Part shown: piece by piece, positions 52,948 to 64,000 of the stretch
Layout: each line of letters opens with the position of its first letter
How positions within the stretch are numbered: the first letter of the stretch is position 1
From: Lingula anatina
Taxonomy: Eukaryota > Animalia > Brachiopoda
Direction: 5' to 3'
NCBI GenBank assembly: GCA_051362555.1
Contig: CM120645.1
Coordinates: forward strand, 24,332,934-24,396,933
DNA length: 64,000 nt
Notes under the pieces: model-generated
What the model saw: the letters and a program-made list of their open reading frames with translations, nothing else
Told to the model about the DNA's origin: nothing
The model's database searches: none
Program-made: the position numbers and the translations under genes

Positions 52948-54018
52948 ATGGTTAACTCAAGTGGTGATAACAGTTCACCGTTCCACCTTGTTCTTCCTAA
53001 TGATCCGCACTCGTCAGTGGACAATGGTGCCATATTAAAGGCACTTTACCCGTTGGAGATAGCGATATGCTCCATATCTTTTATATTCAACTTGGTGACT
53101 TTGTTTACGCTGCATCACACTAAGAATCTTATGGATCAGTTCCGATTGTCCCTGCAGCTGGTGACCCTTGGTGACCTCGTGTTTGTGACCGTTGACCTTT
53201 TCTATTCGGTGACCATAGTCCAATATGGCGACATAGTCGAGGCTGTACAGCCCCAGAACTTAGGCTGCGCGGATGAAGCACTTAATGACCTTTCAAGGCA
53301 TCTGTTACTGCTCCCATTACTTTCAACGACAGGCGTAGTAATCGTACAGTCGCTATCCATCGTCAAACCCTTGCAGTTCAATAGCATTGTTACTAAACGA
53401 CGTGTTCTATTTGGGATGGCGCTTGCAGTCGGTTTTGTCGCTCTGTCATATATAACAATACATGTTGTTTTCTTGGTTGGAAACATGGAACGAACGTGCT
53501 TGGAACACTTCTATGGTGGGTACACGCGTGTCTCGGCGTGGTATCTTGGAACTGCCTGTACCGCCATTGAAATAGTTAACCTTATAGTGTACGCGGTTTT
53601 CTGGCATAAGGCTAGAGTCACATTGACAACCGGTATGGCCTCAAACACCCATCAACATTTTAGGCGTCTACAAGTCACAGTCGGCTTGCTCATGGGGACA
53701 ATTCTTCTCTTCTGGACGCCAGCCGTCGTGATGTTATTCCTGATGGTTCTGATGTACGACAATCCTGCAGACATCAGTAGAGACGCGACCATCGCTCATC
53801 AAAGCGTTGGCGTGGTAGCACTACTGAACCCGCTGATGGACCCTCTCATCTACGTCCTGCGGATCTCAGAGGTGAGAGGGGGGTACAGAAGGCTGTGGAA
53901 GAAGATGACAAACTCATGTCAGCCTAAACCCAAGCTTGACCAGAACTCGGAGACCATCAGCGATAAAATGAAAACGAAGGCTCAAGGTTCAGAGGACAGT
54001 TATAACACATACCTGTAA
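52948..54018 (+). CDS. Orphan class A GPCR 2
   Basis: 7TM, LGD, KPLQF, FWTP and DPLIY. An acceptor-like TTCCAG at ~52922 suggests a 5'UTR intron. Confidence 0.92.
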   Translation: MVNSSGDNSSPFHLVLPNDPHSSVDNGAILKALYPLEIAICSISFIFNLVTLFTLHHTKNLMDQFRLSLQLVTLGDLVFVTVDLFYSVTIVQYGDIVEAVQPQNLGCADEALNDLSRHLLLLPLLSTTGVVIVQSLSIVKPLQFNSIVTKRRVLFGMALAVGFVALSYITIHVVFLVGNMERTCLEHFYGGYTRVSAWYLGTACTAIEIVNLIVYAVFWHKARVTLTTGMASNTHQHFRRLQVTVGLLMGTILLFWTPAVVMLFLMVLMYDNPADISRDATIAHQSVGVVALLNPLMDPLIYVLRISEVRGGYRRLWKKMTNSCQPKPKLDQNSETISDKMKTKAQGSEDSYNTYL

Positions 54019-54461
54019 AGTGCGTGCGTGCGTGCGTACGTGTGTGCTTGTGTCTCTGTGTGTGTCAAATGAAAACTCTCATTATATCCGAAACTGGAAC
54101 CTATAGGTCACAATACATCCAATGATGTTGCAACTCAGAAAATAAATCAATAAAGCTTAAAACGGCTAATATTCCATTATGACCAATTTGTTGATTAGGC
54201 TATCTCATATATTAATAAAACCCCATCAATACATTAGCCTGTGTATTTGGAAACCACACCAACATGACATAACATATATTTGTGAGACATATTTATACTC
54301 ATACGACCAATTTGATAATTTGATTTGGCCATCGACTTCAGTGTGACAACTGCAATGCTGTAGACTACAGTGCAAAAACGGCAGGTTCTATAAGAAAGAG
54401 ATCAAAACGGTTGAAATTGGACAGGTCAAATTGAAAGAACCAAAGGATAATTTTCTACAAA

Positions 54462-55754
54462 ATGAATGTGTCAAGTTCTCCTTTTGTCTTGCAAACGCCG
54501 CTACCGTTACAAATCTTTACTGCTCCAACAAAAGCACCTCCGCATACTCTGACAATGGCGTTTATACCTTTTTTAATCCTTCAGCCTGAACCACGGATAA
54601 AAACAGAACTTGAAACACCAATACAGAAAGCAACGGAATTGAACATGTCGGATACCAAAACCGGAGATGTGGGATGGAACGTGTCTTGCCTGAACGATTC
54701 CAGTTACAACGAGTCCGAATTGACGTGGTTTAACCATTCAGGCTATTTTAATTACACGTATGATGGTTTCAGCATGCTGTATCCGTATGAAGTAGCATTG
54801 TGCTCTGTTGGGATTGTATTTAATGTGGTTTCTCTGCTGGCATTGTTACATGTCAAAAAACCAACGCGCCGCTCTCCCTTTCATCTGGCTCTAAGGTTCT
54901 TGGCTTGCACAGATCTTTTGTTTTCTTCAGCAGACTTCATCTACGCTATGAGCATGCTGCTGTATACAAACACCTCTGAGGCTTTCTCGGCTGAGAGTCT
55001 TGGCTGCTGGGACGAAATATTGAACGATTTCGCCAGATTATGCATGGTACCGCCACTTGTAGCAACTACGGGTATCGTTATTGTCCAAGCAGTTTCCATT
55101 TTATGCCCACTTCGGTTTTCTGCCATCGTAAACAAACGAAGAGTTTTACTCGGCCTTGGCATACCGTTCAGTCTGACCATTTGCATACACTTGTCTCTTC
55201 ATATCGGGCATCTCAATGGACGTCAATATGGCGAGGACTGCTGGCAGCACTTTTATGGTGAATATCTCTCGAGCTCAACTTGGTACCTGGGGTTAGTGTG
55301 CACTGTCCTTGAACTGTTCAATTGCGCACTTTACACCTTCCTTTGGTGGCAGATTAAGGCCATTTTGAAAAAAGACATGCCTTCCCAACATGCTCAAGGA
55401 ATACGTAAAGATATAAAACTGCACGTTACCATCGGACTTCTCCTTGTCACCATCATACTGTTTTGGACGCCTGCCGTGGTGATGCTGTTCCTGATGCTTT
55501 CAATCAAGAATGATTCGACCTTTGACCCTTACGGACGTTTCCTTGCCCAGAAAATTGCGGGTCTGTTTGCGCTTCTGAACCCGATAATAGACCCCATTGT
55601 GTATGGCGTCAGACTACCGGAAGTGAAGGACGGATACCGAAGAATGTGGACCAAACTCTCATCCTGCTGGCGTAAAAAAAGGGAAATTAGTAAGAGTGGA
55701 ACAATTTCTGATAATGTCCATGGAAAGAGCTTTCGCTCTAGAGTAGACCCATAG
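54462..55754 (+). CDS. Orphan class A GPCR 3 (closest to GPCR 1)
   Basis: 7TM, LACTD, CPLRF, FWTP and DPIVY. Several N-terminal NxS/T sites. Confidence 0.92.
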   Translation: MNVSSSPFVLQTPLPLQIFTAPTKAPPHTLTMAFIPFLILQPEPRIKTELETPIQKATELNMSDTKTGDVGWNVSCLNDSSYNESELTWFNHSGYFNYTYDGFSMLYPYEVALCSVGIVFNVVSLLALLHVKKPTRRSPFHLALRFLACTDLLFSSADFIYAMSMLLYTNTSEAFSAESLGCWDEILNDFARLCMVPPLVATTGIVIVQAVSILCPLRFSAIVNKRRVLLGLGIPFSLTICIHLSLHIGHLNGRQYGEDCWQHFYGEYLSSSTWYLGLVCTVLELFNCALYTFLWWQIKAILKKDMPSQHAQGIRKDIKLHVTIGLLLVTIILFWTPAVVMLFLMLSIKNDSTFDPYGRFLAQKIAGLFALLNPIIDPIVYGVRLPEVKDGYRRMWTKLSSCWRKKREISKSGTISDNVHGKSFRSRVDP

Positions 55755-56177
55755 TCCGTAGTGCGTTTGGTTCAAAATAAGAGCTAACTTTGCCTGAAAA
55801 CATTAAGCTATGAACAATTTGGGTAATTTTACTTTAAACCGTCGGCTCAGAATACCGTAATTAACCTGGGGGCAAGCTTAGTTGTTTGTTTACTTGGCAA
55901 GCAGGTTTTGGTTAGGTTTACGCAGGTCAAGGAGATCACAGGTAAAACAAATTTCATTGCTTTTCAACTGAAAGTTGTTAACTTTTAAGGTTTGTGTTAG
56001 GAGATTCTGCTACAACATTCTTGGTTTTGCGTTTTAATGATATTAGGCAAATCGTGCAATATTACAGAGCACAATCAAGAGGGCACTTTTCTTCACTATT
56101 TGTTTTATTATACAAATTGTCTGCAAAGGTATTGAAATAACAAGATCTACGTCAACATATCTACAACCCTGGCGTCA

Positions 56178-56225
56178 TTATATTATATTATATTATATTA
56201 TATTATATTATATTATATTATATTA
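56178..56225. repeat. (TTATA)n microsatellite
   Basis: Directly visible. Confidence 0.9.
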
Positions 56226-57080
56226 TTACTAGATAATGTCACAGTCATTGGGTGCTATCCACTCTCAGCATGTTGGCGGTCATGGATTGCCATGCCTCTC
56301 GATCTTAAGACACTTCTATGCTTTCGCTATATATACTTGATTGTTCTGTATTTTATATTGTCCACCAAAAATGTTTTTGGTCTTCCTTTCCCTCGTTTTT
56401 CATTTAACTCTCCTTCTAATAACAACTGCTGATAACAATGTTTAAATGTGTTTTTTAACAAATATCATTCCAAAATTAGCTGACATGTTAGATTAGTTTT
56501 GGAAAACAAATTTTATGCAATGATACAAATATTCGTTCAATTAAAACCCAATGACGGTTAACTGCATGCAAATTTTTCGTTACGTCTGTGACAACTGCGC
56601 TATACATTCAACTGTGCCGACTTTCTTCCTTAAGAGTCTCAAAAACAAATATTCCAGGTATCTCAACAGGTAAATATGACACCTTAGTACAACGACACCC
56701 CAACCTGCTTTCAATACCCTGTATGTTCATCACCATAGTCCCTTAGGGTATTTTACAAATGAGAGATTGATACAAGTTACATATATGCTGAAATGAAAGA
56801 AATAGCATGTGAATAAAAGTCACATATTGATATAATTCAGGGTATTTAATATTAAATTCCATGGACAACACTTGAGAGGCAACGGATGGGAATGTTGTCT
56901 TTTAAAAGTTAAAAGTCGTTTTCATAAAATTATATTAGATACAGTGTAACAACCATGCAGTAAAGACTTCTGGATGCGTTCTTATTCTGACTTGTTTGTT
57001 CGTCTCTTTGTTTTACTGCTGTCGAATCCCAGCGTATCGCTTTGTATCATAATCTATGAGTGACACCCGTGACCTGTCCT

Positions 57081-58157
57081 TTAAAGCCTTGTATTATAAA
57101 CCTCCGATTGCTGCTCGTGGCCCGCTTCTTTGAAACTGAAGAGTTTTTTCATCTTGTTCCACAGGGTGCTGTACCCTTCTCGCACCTCTCTGAGCCTGAT
57201 GCCGTAAATAATTGGGTCCATTACAGGATTTAGTCCTGATATTAAACCAGTCACAAGTTCAGCCAGTCCCAGTTCTTCAGAAATCACGTACTTTTGATAA
57301 ACAATGTTTGCAATCAGGTAAAGTGTGACAACTGCTGGAGTCCAAAATAATATCAAAGTCCCCAGCAGCAATGCTATAGTGGCAGTCAGCTTCTTCGACT
57401 CTGCTTCACTCTTGTTATGCAGTGAAGGAAGCGCCGATGTAACCGTATGCTGTGCCTTCAAGTATATCATAGCATACAGAATAACATCAAATATCATGAG
57501 AAGCACACTTAATACCCCCAAACACCAACACGTCAAATAAAGATATATCCCTAAGAAATGCTGTCTACACAAGTGATTTGTGTGAAGAAAGTAGACACTG
57601 ATGTGAAGTCCCAAGAAGATCGCAACCGTAAAAATTATAGACAGACCAAACATGCCATTGATTCGCCTCTTGGTTACTATGGTTTTATATCTTAGCGGTC
57701 GTGAGACAGCGATATACTGGTTGACAACGATCCCCGTGGTGACGAAAAACGGAACCATCATGCAGTATTTATTAATATCAGTGAGAATGTCGTTTAAACA
57801 ATCATTGCTAGTTTTGATGGGTTCTGCATTCCTGGGTGATCGGAGGTATACCAGGATCCCTACAGACGCTGACATTCGAGTGACAATGTAAACCAGGTCT
57901 GCAACAGCCAGGAGCACCAGCAGCGCGTGAAAGGGACTCCTTGATTTCCTCATCTGACAGAGCGCTGCCAAAGACAACACATTCAAGATGACTCCCACCA
58001 CGCACTGAGATATCTCATAGGGCAGCAGGACTCTCATGGTGCTCATGTAACCACTCCTGACAGACCCAATGACGTCAGCTAAGTAGGGTACCACTCTTTC
58101 GCTTATGTTGCTACTGTTGGATGCAAATTGGAAACAGGTTTTGTTTTCCTGAGCCAT
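57081..58157 (-). CDS. Orphan class A GPCR 4
   Basis: 7TM, LAVAD, NQYIAVSRPLRY, FWTP and DPIIY. Confidence 0.92.
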   Translation of the reverse strand: MAQENKTCFQFASNSSNISERVVPYLADVIGSVRSGYMSTMRVLLPYEISQCVVGVILNVLSLAALCQMRKSRSPFHALLVLLAVADLVYIVTRMSASVGILVYLRSPRNAEPIKTSNDCLNDILTDINKYCMMVPFFVTTGIVVNQYIAVSRPLRYKTIVTKRRINGMFGLSIIFTVAIFLGLHISVYFLHTNHLCRQHFLGIYLYLTCWCLGVLSVLLMIFDVILYAMIYLKAQHTVTSALPSLHNKSEAESKKLTATIALLLGTLILFWTPAVVTLYLIANIVYQKYVISEELGLAELVTGLISGLNPVMDPIIYGIRLREVREGYSTLWNKMKKLFSFKEAGHEQQSEVYNTRL

Positions 58158-59830
58158 TTGTTACATATCTGACCGTCAACAAAGGTTTCCTGTTACGTTG
58201 TGTTCTGATGAAGTAATTTCAAAGATTATATTGGAAGGACTAACGTCAATGAACTGTTTTCATCACTTTGGTTTGTGATGAAAAGGTACTGTTATAAATG
58301 CCAAAACAAGCAATCTGTTCACAAACCTCTGATTAATTTCCTAGCCAGGACAGTTTTAATCAGTTTGATAGAGTTTACTCACGAAACAAGCAATCTGGGA
58401 TGGACTGCGCGTGTTTCTGGAATACGACACACGGAACTGATTCAAAACCGACAATTGTCAATAAACAATTGAGACAATTGCCGGTTTTGGCCATTTGGGA
58501 ATAGTCAATGTAACAAATAAATCGTGTTACAAAGGGTTAATAGACCAAGTGGTGTCAATAGTGCACGTTATGACCAAGCAAAGTCCTCCAAATGTACGTT
58601 CATTTTTGGGTTTGAGGCACTGGGCTTGTCATGCTTAAGTTTGCATGCTTCAACCACAGTGTTTTCCAACTAAAAAAAAAAATGAAAAGTAATTGGACAT
58701 TAACTTTGATACATGTGACTCTACCTCATGCTACCTCTGGTTGACATTGTGACATGTCGACATAAAGAAATCCCATTACTTCACCGCCTGTCACCTGAAT
58801 AGCTATAGATAGTCTTAGAATCTCACCCGATTGATCTTTGTTTGTTTCGATTTTTCTTACATGTTTGATATTTTAAAATGGTTTTTACCAGTGCAGACGC
58901 AATGATCATAACTAACAGCATTAACGAGTAAAAGGCACGCTTGGTATTTCATACCCGTAAAATTATGTATCATAAAAGTCAAATGTCCGTGCACTCACAG
59001 ATTTAATAAAATTTGACTGGAACATAAATTCCATAGCAGACAAGTGCGATAAATTCAGTAATGAACAAACTACCAAAAGAAGAAGATATAATACGCCTAC
59101 AGCCCGCAATTAGCTAATGTACGAACAGTAATAGTTATGCCACGTTTGTTTATGCGTGACGTCTGAGTATTGACAGGTGTGACAGGAATGGCAGTCCTAG
59201 AAAGGGAAGTCCCATATAATTAGTACAGGTTAGGGTAAGTCGTAGTATTGGGGTAGGTATGTGGGAGAATATCAGATGTGCCCAGTACAAAGTAATTGAG
59301 AACGGACTACGGTCCCTAGGGGACTACCATTCCAGTCACCCCGGCAGTTAGATGTATCCCCCGGGACCCGAGGCCAGTACATGACAAGGGTCAACATCCA
59401 TCGATTGACATGGACGACTAGAGACAATTTGGTAATATACCGGGATATTTTTTATCTTATCAAATTACAAGGTTTTTGATCACTAAATGGTAAATTTAGT
59501 GATCAAAATTGTAATGGTAAATTGTGTGTTTATAATCAGTTCATAATAATGACATTGGATCAGAATTAATAATATACATGTAAATGAAGACAATTTAGAA
59601 TTTCTTTGCAAAATGTATTTATGCTACAATCATTGATGAAATATTTACATTGTATTTAGAATAAATTTTCAGTGTTCAGTGCAAACCATAAGGAACACAA
59701 TGTGACCGCAGAAAGTAAATAAGTGTTGAGTATGCACTGTGTAAATATTGTTAAAAAGTCTCATTTTATAGCTGATTTAAACCTTTATGCTGTTCGTCAA
59801 TCAGTTAAGATAAAGTGTCTTATTCAAATG

Positions 59831-62292
59831 TTAACAAAAACAAAATTCATCATCTCTCTTGTTGGTGCCAGAGACGTCGCCACTGGCCGAAGAAAATCCG
59901 CGCATGCGCGCTGGGCTCCCAGCATCGTTTGGTAATTTCAGCTTGTGCTTCTGCTCTTCTGAGTGTGACGTCTCAACCACGCGCCCTTTATGATAGAGTA
60001 CCACCCCGGCCGGGGAGTGGGGGTGATCGGACCTCTTATTGACGTCACTTTCATCTTTAACTGTGACGTCACGCTCGCCATGATGACGTTTACTCCCACT
60101 GACGTCATCATCATGACCAGATGAACGGTGGTCCGCAACCTCCTCGGGTGATTTGACGTGATGTGACGGCTTCTTACTACTTCTGAGGTCATCATGACCA
60201 GATGAACGGTGGTCCTCAACCTCCTCGGGTGATTTGACGTGATTTGACGGCTTCTTAAAACCATGCTCTCCATTGCTGTGGACAGGCTGGTGGCGCCCTG
60301 TGATGTCATCAACATGCTCTCCTGATTTTTCTTCCTGGTCCTCGACATTTTCGGTGTCTCTGCGTTGCTCGCCTTGGTGGGATCTTTTAACATCTTTATT
60401 CTTTGGGTGCTTGTAGTAGATCCGCCAGTTTTTGCGGTAATTAGTGAGTTGCTCCGGCGCTGTGTTTGATTCAGATTTTCTCTTGGAGATCTCTGGAAAA
60501 TAAATTCGAAAGAAAGTAGGATGTTGTCTTTATGTATCAGATTTTTAGTTTACAATAGAGCGATTATAGTCGTATTTATTACATAAAAATATTTGGAAAC
60601 ACGCCATTTTACCCTACCTTTATATTTGGCACGTTAAGTTAATGTACTACTTGAAGGTTACTTAACATATCAAACATGAGAAAAGAGATTACAGAAAAAA
60701 AAGGAAAAGAAACCCCTTTTCTGCTCTCTTCCATCCCTTGGCATCGCCGTTTTTAATATTACATACGAAATCAAGATTCAATCCTGTACTAAGTAGGACG
60801 CAGAGGGCATCCTTTGAAATAAGTAAATTCGCTTTCTGTGCTTTACCTTCCAATTCCTCCTCATCCTCCATCCCGGCACTCTTACCACTTGTACCATGGG
60901 CGTGTGTCCGTTCTTCTTCCTCTGTGTTCCCGTGGCGTTGACGTAGTTTTTCCCGGTTCTCTCTGATCCTCTGGGCCCACAGAAAACATTCCTCACTGCT
61001 CAGCATGATGTCTCCCTGGGTGACACAGTCGCCGTTCTTGAGGACGTACATTCCTACGACAAAACACAATGTCAAACCAACTGTGGTTGTGACAACGCAA
61101 TCGCAACAAACGCAATCTGGAATCTGCCAAACGCAGTTGCTGCATTACATTCTTTGTAACATGTGCTTATTCACAATCATTCGAGATAAAATCACTTGTG
61201 AACCAGAAAGAGGGTATAACATGGTCTCTAATCAATATATTTTTTATTTATTACTCGAAATTTTTTATTTAATGTCTTTAATTCTTTTATAGTATTATGT
61301 GAACAGCACTATATAACGCACATGCCGTGGGTATTTCTCACTCACACACGATCATCATCTTACTTAACTTTAATTACATGCAATGTTTCCATGGACTTGC
61401 AACATCGAAATAGAATTTTGCCTAGGGGATGCGAGACGGTTTTTGAATGCAGAGAGGGAGAGAGAGAGAGAAGGGGTGCGGAAATATACATATCTTACAC
61501 AATCTATGAGCAAAGGTAAAAGAGACATATTCCCTAGTCAAAGTCTACTAAACACCAACCTGTAGTTTTTATAGCTGCTCATCTCTTAACCATTAAGTTT
61601 TGAAAACGTGCAAGCGCGTGCACACATTCACACACGGAAACATGGACTCTAACAAAAACATGCTTAAGCAGGCGCCTCAGTCTGCGTACTCACCTATAGT
61701 AGCGTTCCACTTCACGGCACTGGTCTGCAGCATTCGCAGCTCTGGGTCTAGCGGGGAATAGGTGATCACAGTTATATTGACATACAATACATAGGATGTA
61801 CAGAACAAACAGGTTCCAAATATGAACTTGCTTGAATATTTCTGGTTGCAGGGACTGGGAACGTCTGATAATGTATATTTCATTATAAGCTAAATAGAAA
61901 AACGGAATCAATGAAGGTGAGAGAAAGAGAGAGAGACTTACTGGTCACTGGCGGTGTGGGGTTGTGGCTGTGGTCAGTATGTCCCAGTGCCGTAGCCAAT
62001 GACCGGCCAGTCACTGAGTTTGCCAGGCTCAGCTGGAAATACAGCAAACATTGGATACAGATTATTTCACAGTATATGGCATAGATACATACGTCTTGCA
62101 ATTCGATAGTAAAATTCCTAAATTGAACGGTAATCCTGTTTAAAGAAAAGCATAACAAAGACGCATTTACCGTAAGACAAGCTTCCTGACACAGAGCTAA
62201 TCGACATCGAATTCTTTCAACACATAAACTCAACACTTTTGTCTAAAAAGTGTACTCACCAGCAAAACTATGATGAAACCAGTGGCATTCAT
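59831..62292 (-). CDS. Secreted His/Asp/Glu-rich precursor with multiple KR sites, ~387 aa, unknown family
   Basis: Exons 62292-62260, 62032-61942, 61864-61694, 61053-60847 and 60492-59831 join in phase (1164 nt). Signal peptide MNATGFIIVLLLSLANSVTG. The last exon is open for 220 codons in a frame not listed in the ORF track and ends NKRDDEFCFC*. Confidence 0.72.
60110..60256 (-). repeat. Two ~81-bp coding tandem repeats (KKPSxHVKSPEEVxDHRSSGHDD)
   Basis: Direct repeat visible at 60110-60175 and 60191-60256. Confidence 0.85.
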
Positions 62293-64000
62293 GGTGAAAG
62301 CTGTCTGTTCTTCCCAATGATCGCTGTTTCTTTGCTCATACAAACGCACACGACTCTTTATTGAGGTTCTGCGGCACATTAGACATAGGACGCGAATCCT
62401 TGGGCCAGAGTGATATAACTGGTAGGTTTACAGCATGCCCGGTGTCATTAAACGCCTACAGTATCGTCATCAACCTTCATTACTCCCCCGTTCAAACACG
62501 AGGCTACTTCCATAATTAGATTTTCTTTAATTTATTTAGTAACTGAGCCTTAGTACAATTTAATATCCGTATATCATTAGCGCGCTGTAATTATATAAAG
62601 AAACTTTCTCTCAATTTTAAGGTCTTCACCAAGAATAAGAATTCCATTTAGATTTAATCAAGATCGATTCAAAATGTCTCAATAAAGTAGATAATGCTTA
62701 CCGTATATACATGGAAAAAGTCCACTTTGGCCTTAATTTGTCGCGCGTGACAGGAAAGCTTTTTTTTTCTTTTTATGGCAAAACGTGCTCTTGCACTTTG
62801 CGTGCGTCACTGTGGATATTAGGGCAATGTAGATAACGTTCAACTTCATTTCCAGTCATTATGTTTTGTAATTTATATGCCTCATGACGCCAATTTTTCA
62901 GACGTTACTATGTAAGTTTTATGCTGTTACATGTAATCATTTTGGTAAGTCACTGACAATTGAACAGCGGGTTTGATGAGGGGAGTGCTGGGCAGGGTGG
63001 GGAGGGGGGGGGAGGTAAATGAAAGATGTGGTGGGTGATTTGGGAGAGAAAGAAAAAGGACAGTCCCTTGTCATTAAGTAGATGGCACACGCTACACCCC
63101 CCTCTTGCCACGTGCTCCTGTTCCCAGAACAAGTCACTGTACTGGCACTCTTCATATTAATCCATTCTCTCCACACTTACTCAATCCTTAATCAATTAAA
63201 TCCAATTCCTCATCCAGACCTCAATCTCCAGAGAAAGTGTACAGGCCCACCGTTATGTCCGAGAAATGACCACACAGGAATGACCGCAGTGGACTGCTCC
63301 AGAAAACCCCTCCTAACATTGACAGCGGCATTTCTTACCGCGCGTGTAGTTCTTAGTAATGCTGAGTGCAGTGTAATTCTTCCAGTCAAGGAGGGGGTAC
63401 ATCTCGGACATATGACGTTTATGTGGGCCACTCAGTTCAACTGAACAACAGCAGCGAAAAGAAGGAATGAACGAGGGTTGGTTATCTGGTTTAGTCCATT
63501 TAATGAATTTCTTTATATAGACGCTGAATACAATTTGATACATGGGAAATAAACAGAAAGGTTACAAGACAGGGTGACAAACAAAATATTGCCGAATTTA
63601 TCGCAGTAATCAATTGTATCTTACTTAACCATTTTAGTCAACCATTTAATTAAGCCATTTTGTATAACCATTAGTAAATATTTATATAATATATTTATAC
63701 CACACTACAAACCGCATCCCCTACAAGTTTCCTTTTTTCATTACATTTAATAAACAAATAGTTATATACACGATTATTTTGTTTGGCCAGAGCGTGCTAG
63801 CCGCGTCCAAGTGCGTTCAATTGTCCCCACAATCGATTCCAGAATATTTCAAAACCCTCCATGATAAGTGGCATCATTTATTAATTACTCTCCGTTAGTA
63901 CGGAAATCAGTCAGAAAACAGTTATGGGTTAATCTCCTCTCTCCCTCTGATGAACTGTTTTCATTTCCTATTGTTAGCAGCAGGGTGATTCATTAGCCTG

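Noticed and set aside
59938-60393. 151-aa ORF from the track (MLKDPTK...MMMTS)
   Set aside because: Most likely a shadow frame. The best upstream donor (AG|GTAAAG at 60847) is phase 1 and selects the longer His/Asp-rich frame.
60689-60846. ORF read-through KANLLISKDAL resembling an astacin mature N-terminus
   Set aside because: Lies after a strong donor, ends in a stop, and no HExxH domain follows. Treated as intron.
62400-64000. Short ORFs at the window end, and many small antisense ORFs throughout
   Set aside because: No motifs or splice support; most are antisense shadows of real exons or chance ORFs.

Overview
AT-rich, intron-containing animal genomic DNA, probably an invertebrate; the taxon cannot be determined from the sequence. 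From left to right: (1) two tandem intronless FkbM-family methyltransferases; (2) a 1.66-kb Tc1 element with perfect TIRs and a decayed transposase; (3) a 15-exon, 3'-incomplete VWDE-like gene (-) with an intron-containing tRNA-Leu(CAA) upstream; (4) a 5-exon gene for a 705-aa disordered protein ending in a CaaX box; (5) a GH18 chitinase with two 8-Cys CBM14-like domains; (6) a second tRNA-Leu(CAA) and a complete 21-exon VWDE-like gene (+) ending in cbEGF and a C-type lectin domain, which with (3) forms a head-to-head inverted duplication and carries three MITEs and a splice-donor minisatellite; (7) four coding-intronless orphan class A GPCRs that lack DRY; (8) a 5-exon secreted His-rich precursor with many KR sites, mostly missed by the ORF track. 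All gene models were built by hand from GT-AG signals and phase consistency. No database searches were run.
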